Notes: a model not told the origin generated them from the letters alone. Shown: positions 18,999 to 29,097, counted from the first letter of the stretch. The stretch: DNA of 64,000 nt from Thermoleophilia bacterium (GCA_041393415.1 JAWKKE010000009.1:2571-66570); one strand, 5' to 3'. Program-made: numbers and translations.

Positions 18999-20240
18999 GT
19001 GAGAGCACTGTTCGTACTGGGGCTTGGCGTTGCCATGGCCGTACTCACCCTCACCTGCGCTCCCGTAAGCTACGCGACGCCAGCACTCGCCCCCACCGCG
19101 ACGGATGCGTCGTGCACGGTCACCGGCGAGCTGCAGACGTTTGCCGGCGACCCTGTGAATGGCGCCTGGGTCGAACTCTTCGCGCAAGGCGGCGACGATG
19201 CCACCTGGCTCGCCGCTACGCTCACCGACGATCAGGGCGCGTTCAGCTTCAACTCCGTCCCCGAATGCTCGAGCGCCGAACTGCGCGTGCGCCGCGACGG
19301 CAGCACCTACCGCTCACTCGGTCATCGCTTCACGGCCGCCGGGCCAAACCGCGTTCTTCTGCGGCCCGGACACATCGGCATCTCCTTCATCACCACATCC
19401 TCGAGCTGGAGGCCGCCGCTGCTGGTCGAAACGTGGGGCAGCGGCGGCAGCACGCGCATGTGGCTCAACAGCCGTCAGGGGCAGGTCGACGCGCTCGCCC
19501 CTGCCTGCGAGTACGCCGTCGCCTACCCCTTCAACAACCAGGGCGTGGAGTGGTTCGGCGATGTGGCGGTTGCCCCAGGACAGCGCAGCGAGACGGTCAC
19601 GTTCAACCAGGCGGACGCCCGCAGCGCCTGGTTCGCGACGGCGACGTGGGCCTCAGGCGCTCCGGGCTCACGGATAGCGGTCGCGTTCTCCAACTGGCCG
19701 GCCGGGTACCAGCTCGAGTTCTCGGGCGTCGCCGACGCTCCCGATGCCGTCACGCAGACCTGGCCGTCGTTCACCACTGCCGGTCGCCTGCAGTTTCTTC
19801 GAACCGTTCGCATCCCCAAGAACGCCCCCGCCGGCTACGCCTACGAGATCCACGTTCGCCGCCTTGATCACAGCAGCCATCTCGACCTCGAGTTGCACTA
19901 TCAAGTCGCCACGCTGCAGACGTCGCGACGCACGAGCAAGGCAAGGCGGGCAATCACACTGAGCGGCGTGATCCCCACCGAGGGACACTGGGGCGACCGC
20001 AAAGGCAAGGCCAAGTCGGTGACGCTCTACCGGCGCACATCCGCAGCCGGTCAGCCGACTCACTGGAATCCCGCCAAGGACGGCTGGAAGAAGGTCGCAA
20101 CGCTCAGAGCGAGCCAATTCGGCAAGTACAAGAGTGCCGCGCTACACCCCTCGCGCACGACCTGGTACGTCGTTCGCTACCCTGGCGACGGCGAGTACGC
20201 GCGCGGCTTTACCTCCGTCGCAAAGGTGACGATACAGTGA
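18999..20240 (+). CDS. Secreted hypothetical protein with carboxypeptidase-regulatory-like N-terminal domain
   Basis: ORF 18888..20240. Preferred start is GTG 18999, after GAGAGGGA. Signal peptide VRALFVLGLGVAMAVLTLTCAPVSYA. The TGELQTFAGDPVNGAWVELF...DDQGAFSFNSV pattern is present. Confidence 0.55.
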   Translation: MRALFVLGLGVAMAVLTLTCAPVSYATPALAPTATDASCTVTGELQTFAGDPVNGAWVELFAQGGDDATWLAATLTDDQGAFSFNSVPECSSAELRVRRDGSTYRSLGHRFTAAGPNRVLLRPGHIGISFITTSSSWRPPLLVETWGSGGSTRMWLNSRQGQVDALAPACEYAVAYPFNNQGVEWFGDVAVAPGQRSETVTFNQADARSAWFATATWASGAPGSRIAVAFSNWPAGYQLEFSGVADAPDAVTQTWPSFTTAGRLQFLRTVRIPKNAPAGYAYEIHVRRLDHSSHLDLELHYQVATLQTSRRTSKARRAITLSGVIPTEGHWGDRKGKAKSVTLYRRTSAAGQPTHWNPAKDGWKKVATLRASQFGKYKSAALHPSRTTWYVVRYPGDGEYARGFTSVAKVTIQ

Positions 20241-20326
20241 CCGTCACCACGCTTGCGCACATTGACACAAGTGTGTAGGCTCACAACATTGTTCTTATTC
20301 TCACAAACTGCGAAGGGGGTGCCCAG

Positions 20327-20500
20327 ATGGCGAACAACTCCGGTATCGGTCGCGATCGTATGACCTGGAGACAGTGTGGAGAGGCGCTGGGGCGCCTTCA
20401 GAATTCGCTCTTCCTCGATCGCGACTACTGGGTCTGGGGCAACATGGAGCGGCGCGCCGCTCACAAGCCCGCCGAGAGTCGCACCCGCAAGAGCCGCTAG
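20327..20500 (+). CDS. Small hypothetical protein (57 aa), below the ORF-track size cut-off
   Basis: ATG 20327 lies 7 nt after GAAGGGGG, and an AT-rich stretch with TTGACA sits upstream. Translation: MANNSGIGRDRMTWRQCGEALGRLQNSLFLDRDYWVWGNMERRAAHKPAESRTRKSR. Confidence 0.35.
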   Translation: MANNSGIGRDRMTWRQCGEALGRLQNSLFLDRDYWVWGNMERRAAHKPAESRTRKSR

Positions 20501-20575
20501 GGCTTGCACCGGCTCGAAGTTGGCACCGCGCGGCGGCCCGGCCGCGCGGTGCGAAGTTTCATCGAGAGACACCGC

Positions 20576-20797
20576 ATGCTGCGGCCTATCGCCGGCGCGG
20601 TGCTTCTGGGCATCGGCCTCCTCGGCCTGCTCCTGCCCATCCTCCCCGGCTGGCTGCTCATCTTCGTGGGCCTGGCGCTACTCGGTGTCAGACTGCCGGT
20701 CGTCGAGCGCCTAAAGGCACGCCTGCTCACCGGTCGCCACCAGACCGACGCGCCGCCGAGGGGCGCGACGGGGGCACCCCCGGACGCGGAGCCCTAG
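20576..20797 (+). CDS. PGPGW-domain small membrane protein
   Basis: MLRPIAGAVLLGIGLLGLLLPILPGWLLIFVGLALLG resembles the PGPGW transmembrane family. The start is ATG 20576 inside ORF 20504..20797. Its TAG shares the tetranucleotide CTAG with the stop of the convergent zinc-ribbon gene. Confidence 0.55.
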   Translation: MLRPIAGAVLLGIGLLGLLLPILPGWLLIFVGLALLGVRLPVVERLKARLLTGRHQTDAPPRGATGAPPDAEP

Positions 20798-20964
20798 AAG
20801 GGGAACTTCTTGATGCCGGGCGACTTGAAAGCCGGCGTGAACACAGTCTCAACCGCGCGACTGCCGCATTTCGGGCAGACGGCCTTGTCGTCGCGCTCGT
20901 CCATGTGGCAGGTGACCTCGAACTGCTCGTTGCAGTCTTTGCACTTGAACTCGTAGAACGGCAT
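20794..20964 (-). CDS. FmdB-family putative regulatory zinc-ribbon protein
   Basis: These are the last 56 codons of ORF 20794..21687: MPFYEFKCKDCNEQFEVTCHMDERDDKAVCPKCGS (CxxC...CxxC). ATG 20964 is preceded by GGGAGG. Confidence 0.8.
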   Translation of the reverse strand: MPFYEFKCKDCNEQFEVTCHMDERDDKAVCPKCGSRAVETVFTPAFKSPGIKKFPF

Positions 20965-21076
20965 ACCGTCGACCTCCCACGCATGCGTTTGTCCTGGATC
21001 GTACCCGATCCGCATTCTACGCCATGGACAGAGCAACAGAGGACGGCCTTGGGGGGCGCCGGCGGGCGCGGCGAAG

Positions 21077-24000
21077 CTAACCGGCGCTATCAAGCGGCAC
21101 GACCGGTGATCCTCGCCGACCTGCGGCAGCAATGTCGGCGCGGGCGCGGGCGCGTAAGGCGTCGTCGACGGAGACGTGAATCTCGAGTTCGGCGGCCGCA
21201 GCGAGAAACACGACCTCGCGCACAGGCGTGGCGGTCGCCGCCTCCAGAGCGACAGCGTAGGCCGCACCCTGCGGCGTGTAACGCGCACGCAACGTCTCCG
21301 CCGTCGACGCACGATCGGTCTTGTAGTCGACGATGACCCAGGCGTCGCCGTCGCGGTAGAGGAGATCGACGGCGCCGTTGACGATGACGCCCTCCAGGCA
21401 CGCCCCGACGGCGAGCTCCCGATAGCACTCCGTGGCGCATGCGGCAGCGCGCACCGGTGCCGCCCGCCAGCAGGCAGAGGCCAGCGCCGCCACCTCACCG
21501 GCGAGGTCTGGGCGGCCGACTTCGGCCGCCGCCTCCTCGGCAAGGTCTGAAAGGCCGGCCGCGTCACTGAGGTCACAAAGCTCCATGACGCGGTGGACGG
21601 CCGAGCCGAGGGCAAGAGCGCCGGCCCGCCCGGGCGGAGCACCGGGCCCGCCGGCGAGCACGGCATCGTCAACCGTCTCGAGCGCACTCGGGCTCGTCGC
21701 CGGCACGGGCGCGCTCGCCCGCGCGAGGAGCGCGGCGCGCTCCTCGGCCCAACGACCGCGCGCCGTCAGCAGTTCCTCGACGTCGACGCGCGCAGCAGAC
21801 GCCGGGCGCCTCGCAGGCTCGCCCGGCATGATGATCGCCAAGCCGTCCTGCTCACACGTCTCGGCGACGGAACCGGCCACCGGCAGGTACTCGACCAGCG
21901 GCCCCAAAAGCACCTGCGCCGCGTCTCCCTTGCTCGTACGCAATGGCGGGCCAAAGAGCGTAATCACAAGCCGGTCGCGAGCGCGCGTCGCCGCCACGTA
22001 GAGAAGGCGCCGCGCCTCGCTGCGCGCCATCTCCTTTTCGCGCTCCTCGAGTTCGACGAAGTCGCGCGGCGCGAGCTCGCAGCTCGCTCCGGGCAGATCG
22101 GCGCGCAACTTGACCTGCAGGCAGCGACGCCGTCGATCCACGAGTGCCCTCGCTCCCCCGCTACGCCGCGCGTCCCCGCCACCCACGACCTGCGTCGAGG
22201 CTCCGCCGGCGAGCACCACAATCGGATACTCAAGACCCTTCGCCTTGTGGATCGTGAGGATGTGTACGACATCACTCTCGTCGTCGATGAGCGACTCCTG
22301 CTCGCCGGCGGTCTCTCCGGCCTCTGCGGCCCAGCGCAAGAAGGCGCCCAGCCCGGCCCCGCCGGCGCTCGAGAACGCCCGCGCTCGCTCCACCAGCTTC
22401 TCGAGATTGGCGAGCGCCTGCGGTGCGCCCTCCCCCGTGGCCGCCTGCATCTCCTCACAGTGCGTGGCTCTCAGCAGACGCTCGACGAGCTCGTACGCCT
22501 CGAGTTGCGGACGCTGGCGGTGCAGTTCGCGAAGCACCACGAGAGCGTCCACGATCGGAGCGTGCTCATCCGTCCCGAGCACATCGAGGCTCGCAAAGGG
22601 GTCGAAGCGCCCGCCGGCGGCCCAGAACAGGAAGAGCTCGTCGTCGCTGAACCCGAAGAGCGACGAGTGAAGGGCGCCGTACACCGCCGGGCCGTCGCTG
22701 GGGTCGTCCACGGCCCGCAGGCAGAGGAGGACGTCGGCAACCTCGCGCCGCGAGAAGTACGTCTTGCCCCCCTCCACACGATAGGGAATGCCGGCGTCGC
22801 GCAAGGCGTACTCGAAGCTCTCGAGGTCCGTGGTGGTGCGCACGAGAAGGGCGATGTCGCCCCAGCGCGGCGGCCGCATCGGCTCGCCGCCGCCGGCGTT
22901 CGCCCCCCGGTCACACACCGCCCACGCGCCGGTGACATCGTCGCGCATGTCGCGCAGCAGGGCCGCAACCGCCCGCGCCTCGTCTTGACGGCGCCGCTGG
23001 CTCTCACCCCGGCGAGCATACTCACCGCCGAGCAGAATGGCGACGCGTGCTCCGTCCGCCACGGGTCGATACGCCTCCGCCCATTGATAGTTGGGCTGCC
23101 GGCCAACCGCCGCGTTGGTGTCGAACACGTCGGCGAAGACGTTGTTCGTCCACGCCACGAGCGCCGGCGTGGTGCGGAAGTTCTGCTCTATGGCGACAGA
23201 CGTACCCTTACCTTCAGGTTGAGCTTGAATAAGTTCCTTGACCTCATCGTAGAGAGCAATGTCGGCGCGGCGGAAGCGATAGATCGACTGCTTCGGATCG
23301 CCGACCACGAACAGCTTGCCGGGTTCGAGCTCCACGTGCCGCCAGTCCGCAGCCTGCGGTTCGCGTTCGCAGAGGAGCAGGACGCTCTCCGCTTGCAGCG
23401 GATCCGTGTCTTGGAACTCGTCGACGAGTACGTAGCGTAAGCGGCGCTGCAGCTCCCCGCGGGCGCTGAGATTGGTGGCGAGCATGTTGCGGAGCTGCCC
23501 GAGCAGATCGGTGAAGTCGAGTTGACCCTGGGCCAGTTGCTGCGTGCCCGCCCAGCGAGCAAATGCGTCGGCGACGGCGACGGCCAGCGCGGCGACGTGA
23601 GCGGCGTACTCGTCGCGCAAGAGGGCGACTTCATCGGCAAGTGCCTTGTAGCGGTCGACGAACTCGCCCTTGCCTCCCTGGTCCACAGCCCAGTTCTTCA
23701 TGATGCCGCCTGGACCCTTGGGGCCGGTCTTGAGCGGCAGCGCCTGCAGACGCGCCATCTGCTCCTCGACGCGGCACGATCCGCCGGTCTCGTCGATCCA
23801 TGCGGCACAAGCGTCGAGACCTTCGACAAGCTCCATTGCGGTGCAGAAGCCGGCATCGCTGTGATTCACGCACGCTTGCTGGCAGTAGTGCCGCAACGCT
23901 GCGCTGGCGGCGCTAAGGTCGCGCAAGCGCCCGAGGACCTCGGGGGGCGCCGGCGGTTCGGGCGCCGGGTCGAGGTCGTAGCGCTCGGAGAAGGCGCCGC

Positions 24001-24628
24001 CAGGTCCGATGGCGAGCCGGCGCAGCGCGTCGAGACGCACGCCGATGGCGAGGAGCCGGCCGAGCCAGTCGCGCACGCGCGCGACCTCGGCCGGCTCCGA
24101 CTCTCCCGCCCCCGACGCGAGCTCGCTGAGCCACTCGTCCCAGAGCCGTCCGCGCTCGAGCTCGCCGGCGAGTTGATCGAGCTGTTCGAACGCAGGGTCG
24201 ATCGCCGCCTCAACCGCGTACTCGCGCAGGAGCCGGCCGGCGAACCCGTGGATGGTGCCGATGGGAGCGTCGTCGAGGTAGTCGAGGGCGCGGCGAATGG
24301 CGACAGAGTCGCCACTACCCGCGCCCGGCGTCGGATCTTGTGCTTCGCCTTGAGCCGCGACTCGCGCCTCAGCGGCAAGCGCCTCGAAGCGTTCGCGGAT
24401 GCGCTGCCTCAGCTCTCCGGCAGCCTTCTCCGTGAACGTGATGGCGGCAACTCTGCGCACGTCGCCGGCGCCGTCCTCCGGGTCGAGCACGCAGTTGACG
24501 TAACGATCGACGAGGACGCGCGTCTTGCCGGTGCCGGCACTCGCCTCCACCAGGAATGTGGTGCCGAGATCACCGGTGACGCGATCCCGGACCGCCTGGT
24601 CGCAGACCGGCCTCTCAAGCGGAGTCAT
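21077..24628 (-). CDS. addA: ATP-dependent helicase/nuclease subunit A (UvrD-like helicase plus PD-(D/E)XK nuclease)
   Basis: Walker A motif EASAGTGKT. UvrD/Rep motifs are present (VDEFQDTDP, HKAKGLEYPIV, YVAATRARD). The C-terminal RecB-type nuclease motif is GAVDLLYRDGDAWVIVDYKTD. Confidence 0.85.
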   Translation of the reverse strand: MTPLERPVCDQAVRDRVTGDLGTTFLVEASAGTGKTRVLVDRYVNCVLDPEDGAGDVRRVAAITFTEKAAGELRQRIRERFEALAAEARVAAQGEAQDPTPGAGSGDSVAIRRALDYLDDAPIGTIHGFAGRLLREYAVEAAIDPAFEQLDQLAGELERGRLWDEWLSELASGAGESEPAEVARVRDWLGRLLAIGVRLDALRRLAIGPGGAFSERYDLDPAPEPPAPPEVLGRLRDLSAASAALRHYCQQACVNHSDAGFCTAMELVEGLDACAAWIDETGGSCRVEEQMARLQALPLKTGPKGPGGIMKNWAVDQGGKGEFVDRYKALADEVALLRDEYAAHVAALAVAVADAFARWAGTQQLAQGQLDFTDLLGQLRNMLATNLSARGELQRRLRYVLVDEFQDTDPLQAESVLLLCEREPQAADWRHVELEPGKLFVVGDPKQSIYRFRRADIALYDEVKELIQAQPEGKGTSVAIEQNFRTTPALVAWTNNVFADVFDTNAAVGRQPNYQWAEAYRPVADGARVAILLGGEYARRGESQRRRQDEARAVAALLRDMRDDVTGAWAVCDRGANAGGGEPMRPPRWGDIALLVRTTTDLESFEYALRDAGIPYRVEGGKTYFSRREVADVLLCLRAVDDPSDGPAVYGALHSSLFGFSDDELFLFWAAGGRFDPFASLDVLGTDEHAPIVDALVVLRELHRQRPQLEAYELVERLLRATHCEEMQAATGEGAPQALANLEKLVERARAFSSAGGAGLGAFLRWAAEAGETAGEQESLIDDESDVVHILTIHKAKGLEYPIVVLAGGASTQVVGGGDARRSGGARALVDRRRRCLQVKLRADLPGASCELAPRDFVELEEREKEMARSEARRLLYVAATRARDRLVITLFGPPLRTSKGDAAQVLLGPLVEYLPVAGSVAETCEQDGLAIIMPGEPARRPASAARVDVEELLTARGRWAEERAALLARASAPVPATSPSALETVDDAVLAGGPGAPPGRAGALALGSAVHRVMELCDLSDAAGLSDLAEEAAAEVGRPDLAGEVAALASACWRAAPVRAAACATECYRELAVGACLEGVIVNGAVDLLYRDGDAWVIVDYKTDRASTAETLRARYTPQGAAYAVALEAATATPVREVVFLAAAAELEIHVSVDDALRARARADIAAAGRRGSPVVPLDSAG

Positions 24629-27600
24629 CGGCTTCCTCCGTCTGCACCTTGCCCGACTGCAACGCCACGACGGCGGCGAGTGCCTCGCCGTGACGTTTGC
24701 GCGCGCGCGTCCACTCCGAGGCGCCGCAGGCGTAACTCAGATCGCACCTACTGCACTGATCGGCAGCGGAACGCGCAAAGACGCCCGCCTCCACCAGGTC
24801 GGCGATCGCGCCAATCAGAAGCCGCAGGCGTGCGCCCGACGCTTCCTCACCGGCGTCGAGCGCATGTTCGTCGAAGGACCCGCGCCGCGTCACCATCCGA
24901 TACAGACATGCGATCTCGCCGTCGCCGACCTCCTGCGCGAGGGCCCGGCGCACCGCCAGGCGATACACGGGAAGCTGCAGACCGAGCCCGGCTTTGAGGA
25001 GTTGCTCCTCCGCCGCGCCGGCGCCCGTCTTGTAGTCGATGACGCGGGCGCCGTCGCGAGTCGCGTCCACACGGTCGACGCGACCGGCGAAGCGCACCTC
25101 GCGGCCGTCGGCGAGCGCCAGCGAGACCGATCGTCCCTCAGACTCGCCGAAGGCCCACTCCACAGCCAGCACACGCTCGCCGGATCGCGCGAAGATGGGA
25201 TCGCGAGCGACCGTCTCGAGGAGATCTTCGCGCAGTGCCTGACGGCGGGCCGTCCAGGCCAGTTCCGAACCCACGACCCCGCGCTGTTCCGCCTCCGCGC
25301 AGGCCTCCGACCAAGCAGTGTGGACCTTCGTCATGGCGTCTTCGCGACTGCCACCCGCCGCGATGAGAGCGGCGTACACCCGCTGCAAGATCTTGTGCGC
25401 CAGCGTACCGAACTCGCGCGGATCGATGTTGAGGTCGTCGCCGGGTTCTTCGGGGACGGCGAGGCCGAGAACGTCGCTGACGTAGAAGACGAACGGACAA
25501 CCGACGTAGCGCTCGAGGCGCGTGGGGTGCAGTTCGGCGGCGAAGAGACGCCGCGCCCGCAGCACATCCCGCGCCGCGGGGCCGAGCAGGCCGTCGAACA
25601 CGCCGGCGGCGACGGACCGCGCGGCGCGCCACTGCGACAGGCGGCGGTGCGCCGCGGCCTCGCCGTGCTGGTCACCGAGCGAGTTCGGCGACGGCGTGAG
25701 TACCGCCGCGAGAATCTCGCTCGCGGCCGCCTCGTCGACCACACCCGTCGCCAGCAACTCGGCCTGATCACGCTCACGCGCGTCGATCCAGGGATCGCGC
25801 GGACCGCCGCGGCCGGAGACGTACCGCCACACCGGCCGCAATGGCGCGCCGCTGAGGAACTCCTCGAGGCCGACGGCGTGTCCTCCCGCCGCCGTCGCCA
25901 GACTCAGGAGGACGCGCGAGGGCAGACGGGGGCGTCCGCTGGCGGCATCGGTACGCGGCGCCAGCATCACAAGGCGCTCGCGCGCCGACTCCACCGCGAG
26001 CGCAAAGAGCACGTCTTCCTCGGCCTCACGCGTCGCGGCCAGCGGCAGTCGCACGCCGACGGCCGCCGAGGTGCGCAGCCGCTCGGCGTCACCATAGAGT
26101 GGATCGGGGCGGCCGCGCGCCGGGAAGCCGCCCTCGGCAAGCCCCGTGAACACCACGGTGTGGAAGCGCAAGCCGCGGAGCTGCATCGGCGTCAGCAACG
26201 CGACGCCGTCACGGCCGACGCGACCCTCGCCGACCGTCGCGCCGGCGCACTGCTCACGCAGCGCCGCCGCCACTTCGCGCACGGCCACCTGCTCGCCCAC
26301 AACACCCAGCACGTGCAGCCGCTGGACAGCATCGCGCAACGCCGCGACGTCCGCGCCCGGAAACGCACGCTCGACGACCGTCGTGAGCGCGTTGGTCCAC
26401 GTCGCCCAGCTCGCCCGCGCCGGAAGCAGGCGGCAAGCACGCGCCAGATCGCCGACCGCCGCCTCCAGACTGGCCGCCGCCGCCAGACGCAACTCGACGT
26501 GCGCCGACGACTCCTCGATCTCGTCGCCCGGGTCTCCCCCGCCGCCGGATTGGATCTCCTGCAGACGCCGCTCCAGTCCGTAGCGGCGGCGACCGATGCG
26601 CTCGGTCCACTGCTCGACGCCGGCGACCACACCGGCGCGCCGCGCCTCGTCCAACCACAACGCCTGCACGGCGGCGGCGACCGGCGCCTCGTCGGCGACG
26701 ATGCGCGGCAGCGCCGCGGCGCTCGTCAGGAGATCGACGACGGCCGCGCGCGCAAACGCCCTACCGGCGACGGGCGCCAAACAATCGAGCAGGCGGACCA
26801 CGGTGCGCGAACCGAGAGCACGATCCGGGCGCCGCGCTGCGACCGGCACGCCGGCGGCGGCCAGCGCCGCGCTGAATCGCTCCAGTTCATCGGCGTGCGG
26901 CACGACGACGGCGCAATCCCAGAATTGCACCGGCAGGTGCGCATCCTCGCGGTCCCCGGCGTCGCCGCCATACGCGAGTCCGGCGGCGCCCTCCGCCTGC
27001 CCGGCCAACGAACGCAAGATCTCACGCACCGCCTCGCGCGCCTCCGCGCGCTCGTCCGGTACGGAGACGACGGCGATGCCGCCGTCGCCGCTCAAGGTGA
27101 GCGCAGGACCGTTGGAGGCGCCAGCGGTCGCCTGCTCGTCGGCTTCGTCCGCCGGCCTCAACGCCGCGGCGACGGCGGCAAGGTCGCCGGCGAGCGATGG
27201 GAGCTCCAGTTTGCGCTCACCCAGGCCCAGAGAACGCGCTCGGCACAGCGCCGGCGCATCGCTCGTGCCACCGGCGCGCGGCCGCGGCACGAACATGTCG
27301 GCGCCGCCGGCGAGCAGCGCGCCGACGAAGGCCTCTTGCGCGACGTTCAAGTCGTAGAGACCGTAGATGAGGGCGTGCCCAATCGCGGAACCTCGAGGCG
27401 GCACGCCCTCACCCAGCGACGCCGCCGCCGCGAAGTAGCGAGCACCGTCGTCCGTGAGCCCGCGATCGTCGAGCGCCGCGCAATACGCCGCGTAGAGCGC
27501 CTCAAGATCCGCGGCCTTGCCCGGCGCGGCGCACTGAGCCCAGCCAGTCCGCGGCGCGACTCCCGCCTGCCGTAGATCGTCGAAGGTCCGGGCGAACGCC

Positions 27601-27962
27601 TGCGCCACATGTGGCAGGGCGCAGACCGGCGCGAAGTAGCGCAGCTCGGAGGCAGAGGAACGCTCGGCGATGAGCACATGCATGATTCGCTCGCGCACGA
27701 GCGCACCGGCATGGCGCCCCGGCGCCAGATCGGCGGCCAACCGCGCCAGCGTGACGACGGAGACGCCGGCGAGCGCCCCCAGCCGGCGGGTCAGGAGATC
27801 GCCGATGTGCGTGCGCAGCGCCGCGGAGCCGACGACAAGCGTGAGCGGCGCCAACTGATGTCCCGCTCGGAGCTCGCCAACGCGCGCCACGAGCGCGTCT
27901 TCGAGCTCCGCGAACCGGCCGCAAACGAGCACGCCGAGGGTTTGTCGAGCGTCACTCTGCAT
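24615..27962 (-). CDS. addB: Helicase/nuclease subunit B (AddB-like, degenerate motor, Fe-S nuclease domain)
   Basis: Overlaps addA by 14 nt. No Walker A is seen at the N-terminus. The C-terminal nuclease motif is GRVDRVDATRDGARVIDYKTG, flanked by Cys residues (YVGCPFVFY ... CSRCDLSYAC), as in the AddB 4Fe-4S staple. Confidence 0.75.
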   Translation of the reverse strand: MQSDARQTLGVLVCGRFAELEDALVARVGELRAGHQLAPLTLVVGSAALRTHIGDLLTRRLGALAGVSVVTLARLAADLAPGRHAGALVRERIMHVLIAERSSASELRYFAPVCALPHVAQAFARTFDDLRQAGVAPRTGWAQCAAPGKAADLEALYAAYCAALDDRGLTDDGARYFAAAASLGEGVPPRGSAIGHALIYGLYDLNVAQEAFVGALLAGGADMFVPRPRAGGTSDAPALCRARSLGLGERKLELPSLAGDLAAVAAALRPADEADEQATAGASNGPALTLSGDGGIAVVSVPDERAEAREAVREILRSLAGQAEGAAGLAYGGDAGDREDAHLPVQFWDCAVVVPHADELERFSAALAAAGVPVAARRPDRALGSRTVVRLLDCLAPVAGRAFARAAVVDLLTSAAALPRIVADEAPVAAAVQALWLDEARRAGVVAGVEQWTERIGRRRYGLERRLQEIQSGGGGDPGDEIEESSAHVELRLAAAASLEAAVGDLARACRLLPARASWATWTNALTTVVERAFPGADVAALRDAVQRLHVLGVVGEQVAVREVAAALREQCAGATVGEGRVGRDGVALLTPMQLRGLRFHTVVFTGLAEGGFPARGRPDPLYGDAERLRTSAAVGVRLPLAATREAEEDVLFALAVESARERLVMLAPRTDAASGRPRLPSRVLLSLATAAGGHAVGLEEFLSGAPLRPVWRYVSGRGGPRDPWIDARERDQAELLATGVVDEAAASEILAAVLTPSPNSLGDQHGEAAAHRRLSQWRAARSVAAGVFDGLLGPAARDVLRARRLFAAELHPTRLERYVGCPFVFYVSDVLGLAVPEEPGDDLNIDPREFGTLAHKILQRVYAALIAAGGSREDAMTKVHTAWSEACAEAEQRGVVGSELAWTARRQALREDLLETVARDPIFARSGERVLAVEWAFGESEGRSVSLALADGREVRFAGRVDRVDATRDGARVIDYKTGAGAAEEQLLKAGLGLQLPVYRLAVRRALAQEVGDGEIACLYRMVTRRGSFDEHALDAGEEASGARLRLLIGAIADLVEAGVFARSAADQCSRCDLSYACGASEWTRARKRHGEALAAVVALQSGKVQTEEADDSA

Positions 27963-28071
27963 GGTGCCGGCAGGCTATCATGCGCCCCCGACGGACGACT
28001 GCCGGCCACCGCGACGGACGAGACGCTGGTCGGCCGCTCGGCATGCGGTCGCCGGGCGGCGACGTGACGAC

Positions 28072-28632
28072 TCAGGTGAAGTCGTGAATGAGTGCCCGGT
28101 GCTGCGGATACGCCGCCGTCAGCGCGGCGGCGTCACCGATCTCAAGATCCTCATAGACGAAACCGGGCGAGACGAGGCAAGCGACAAACGCCCAGGTACG
28201 AAGTCCCCGTGGATCTGGGTCCGCCAGCACGCGCGCGCCCTGCCAATGCCCGGCAGCCACGACGGCCTGAGAGACGACGGGCCGCATCTCGAACTCAGAT
28301 TCGGCCGTGCCCGCTTCGCCGGCGGCACGCACCCATCCCGGCGTGGTGAGGACGTTGCCGAGGACGAAGCAGCTCACAACGCCCTGATCGTCGAACGTCA
28401 CCACCTCCAACGGAGCGCCGCCGCGAAACACCCACAACTCGTCGCTCTCGATCCTGTGCAGACGGCTCACGCTCCCTTCCGGGAGCAGGTAGTCGGTCAT
28501 CGTGCTCAGCGGGCGGCTACCGCGCGGCGTGTCGACCGACAGCGGAGAGCAGAACGTCTCGCGGTAGTAGCCGCCCTCAACGTGCGGCTCGAGGCCGAGA
28601 ATGCGCACCACATCGGCGGTCGTCGGATTCAT
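28072..28632 (-). CDS. Cupin (DUF985-like) protein
   Basis: Start is ATG 28632-28630 inside ORF 28072..28875. The sequence MNPTTADVVRILGLEPHVEGGYYRETF is typical of the DUF985 cupin family. Confidence 0.65.
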   Translation of the reverse strand: MNPTTADVVRILGLEPHVEGGYYRETFCSPLSVDTPRGSRPLSTMTDYLLPEGSVSRLHRIESDELWVFRGGAPLEVVTFDDQGVVSCFVLGNVLTTPGWVRAAGEAGTAESEFEMRPVVSQAVVAAGHWQGARVLADPDPRGLRTWAFVACLVSPGFVYEDLEIGDAAALTAAYPQHRALIHDFT

Positions 28633-28677
28633 GCCATCAGCATACTCGCACTGCTGGCTTCGCGCACGAAATGGAAG

Positions 28678-28708
28678 GGCCCCTCCACCCGAAACCGGGC
28701 GAGGGGCC
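28678..28708 (-). terminator. Hairpin immediately 3' of the RNase P RNA
   Basis: Minus strand reads GGCCCCUC GCCCG GUUU CGGGUG GAGGGGCC. There is an 8-bp outer stem plus a 4-bp inner stem, followed by CUUCCAUUUCG. Confidence 0.45.
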
Positions 28709-28709
28709 T

Positions 28710-29097
28710 CCGTAGCAAGCCGTAAGCCGGATCCTGTCGTGGGTGGCCATCCATCTAGGACGCTCGTTGCCGAACGCCTCATGCGACCGAAACCCGGGAG
28801 CCTCGGACGAGCAACCCTCAAACGCTCCCCTATTTGGTCTTGCACCGGGCGGGGCTTGCCGAGCCGGCCTGTCACCAGGACCGCTGGTGAGCTCTTACCT
28901 CACCGTTTCACCCTTACCCGCACCTCCGAAGAGGCCGCTGGCGGTCTGCTCTCTGTTGCGCTTTCCCTCGGGTTTCCCCGGCTGGACGTTATCCAGCGCC
29001 CTGCTCTGCGGTGTCCGGACTTTCCTCGGGCGGATGCCTCGCGGGCTCCGAAGAGCTCCGCGACGCGGCCCGCTCGCGACCACCTGGCTTGCCCGTG
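28710..29097 (-). ncRNA. rnpB: RNase P RNA, bacterial type A
   Basis: The minus strand contains the universal blocks GAGGAAAGUCCGGAC, ACAGAGAGCA, GGUAAGGGUGAAACGGUGAGGUAAGAGCUCACC, CAAGACCAAAUAGGGG, CUAGAUGGAUGG and ACAGGAUCCGGCUUA. P1 is formed by GCAAGCC (about 29092-29086) pairing with GGCUUGC (about 28721-28715). The ends are approximate to within about 10 nt. Confidence 0.9.

Noticed and set aside
20965-21687. Upstream 240 codons of ORF 20794..21687.
   Set aside because: They overlap the 3' end of addA in another frame. Only the last 56 codons (MPFYEFKCKDC...) have an RBS and a family signature.
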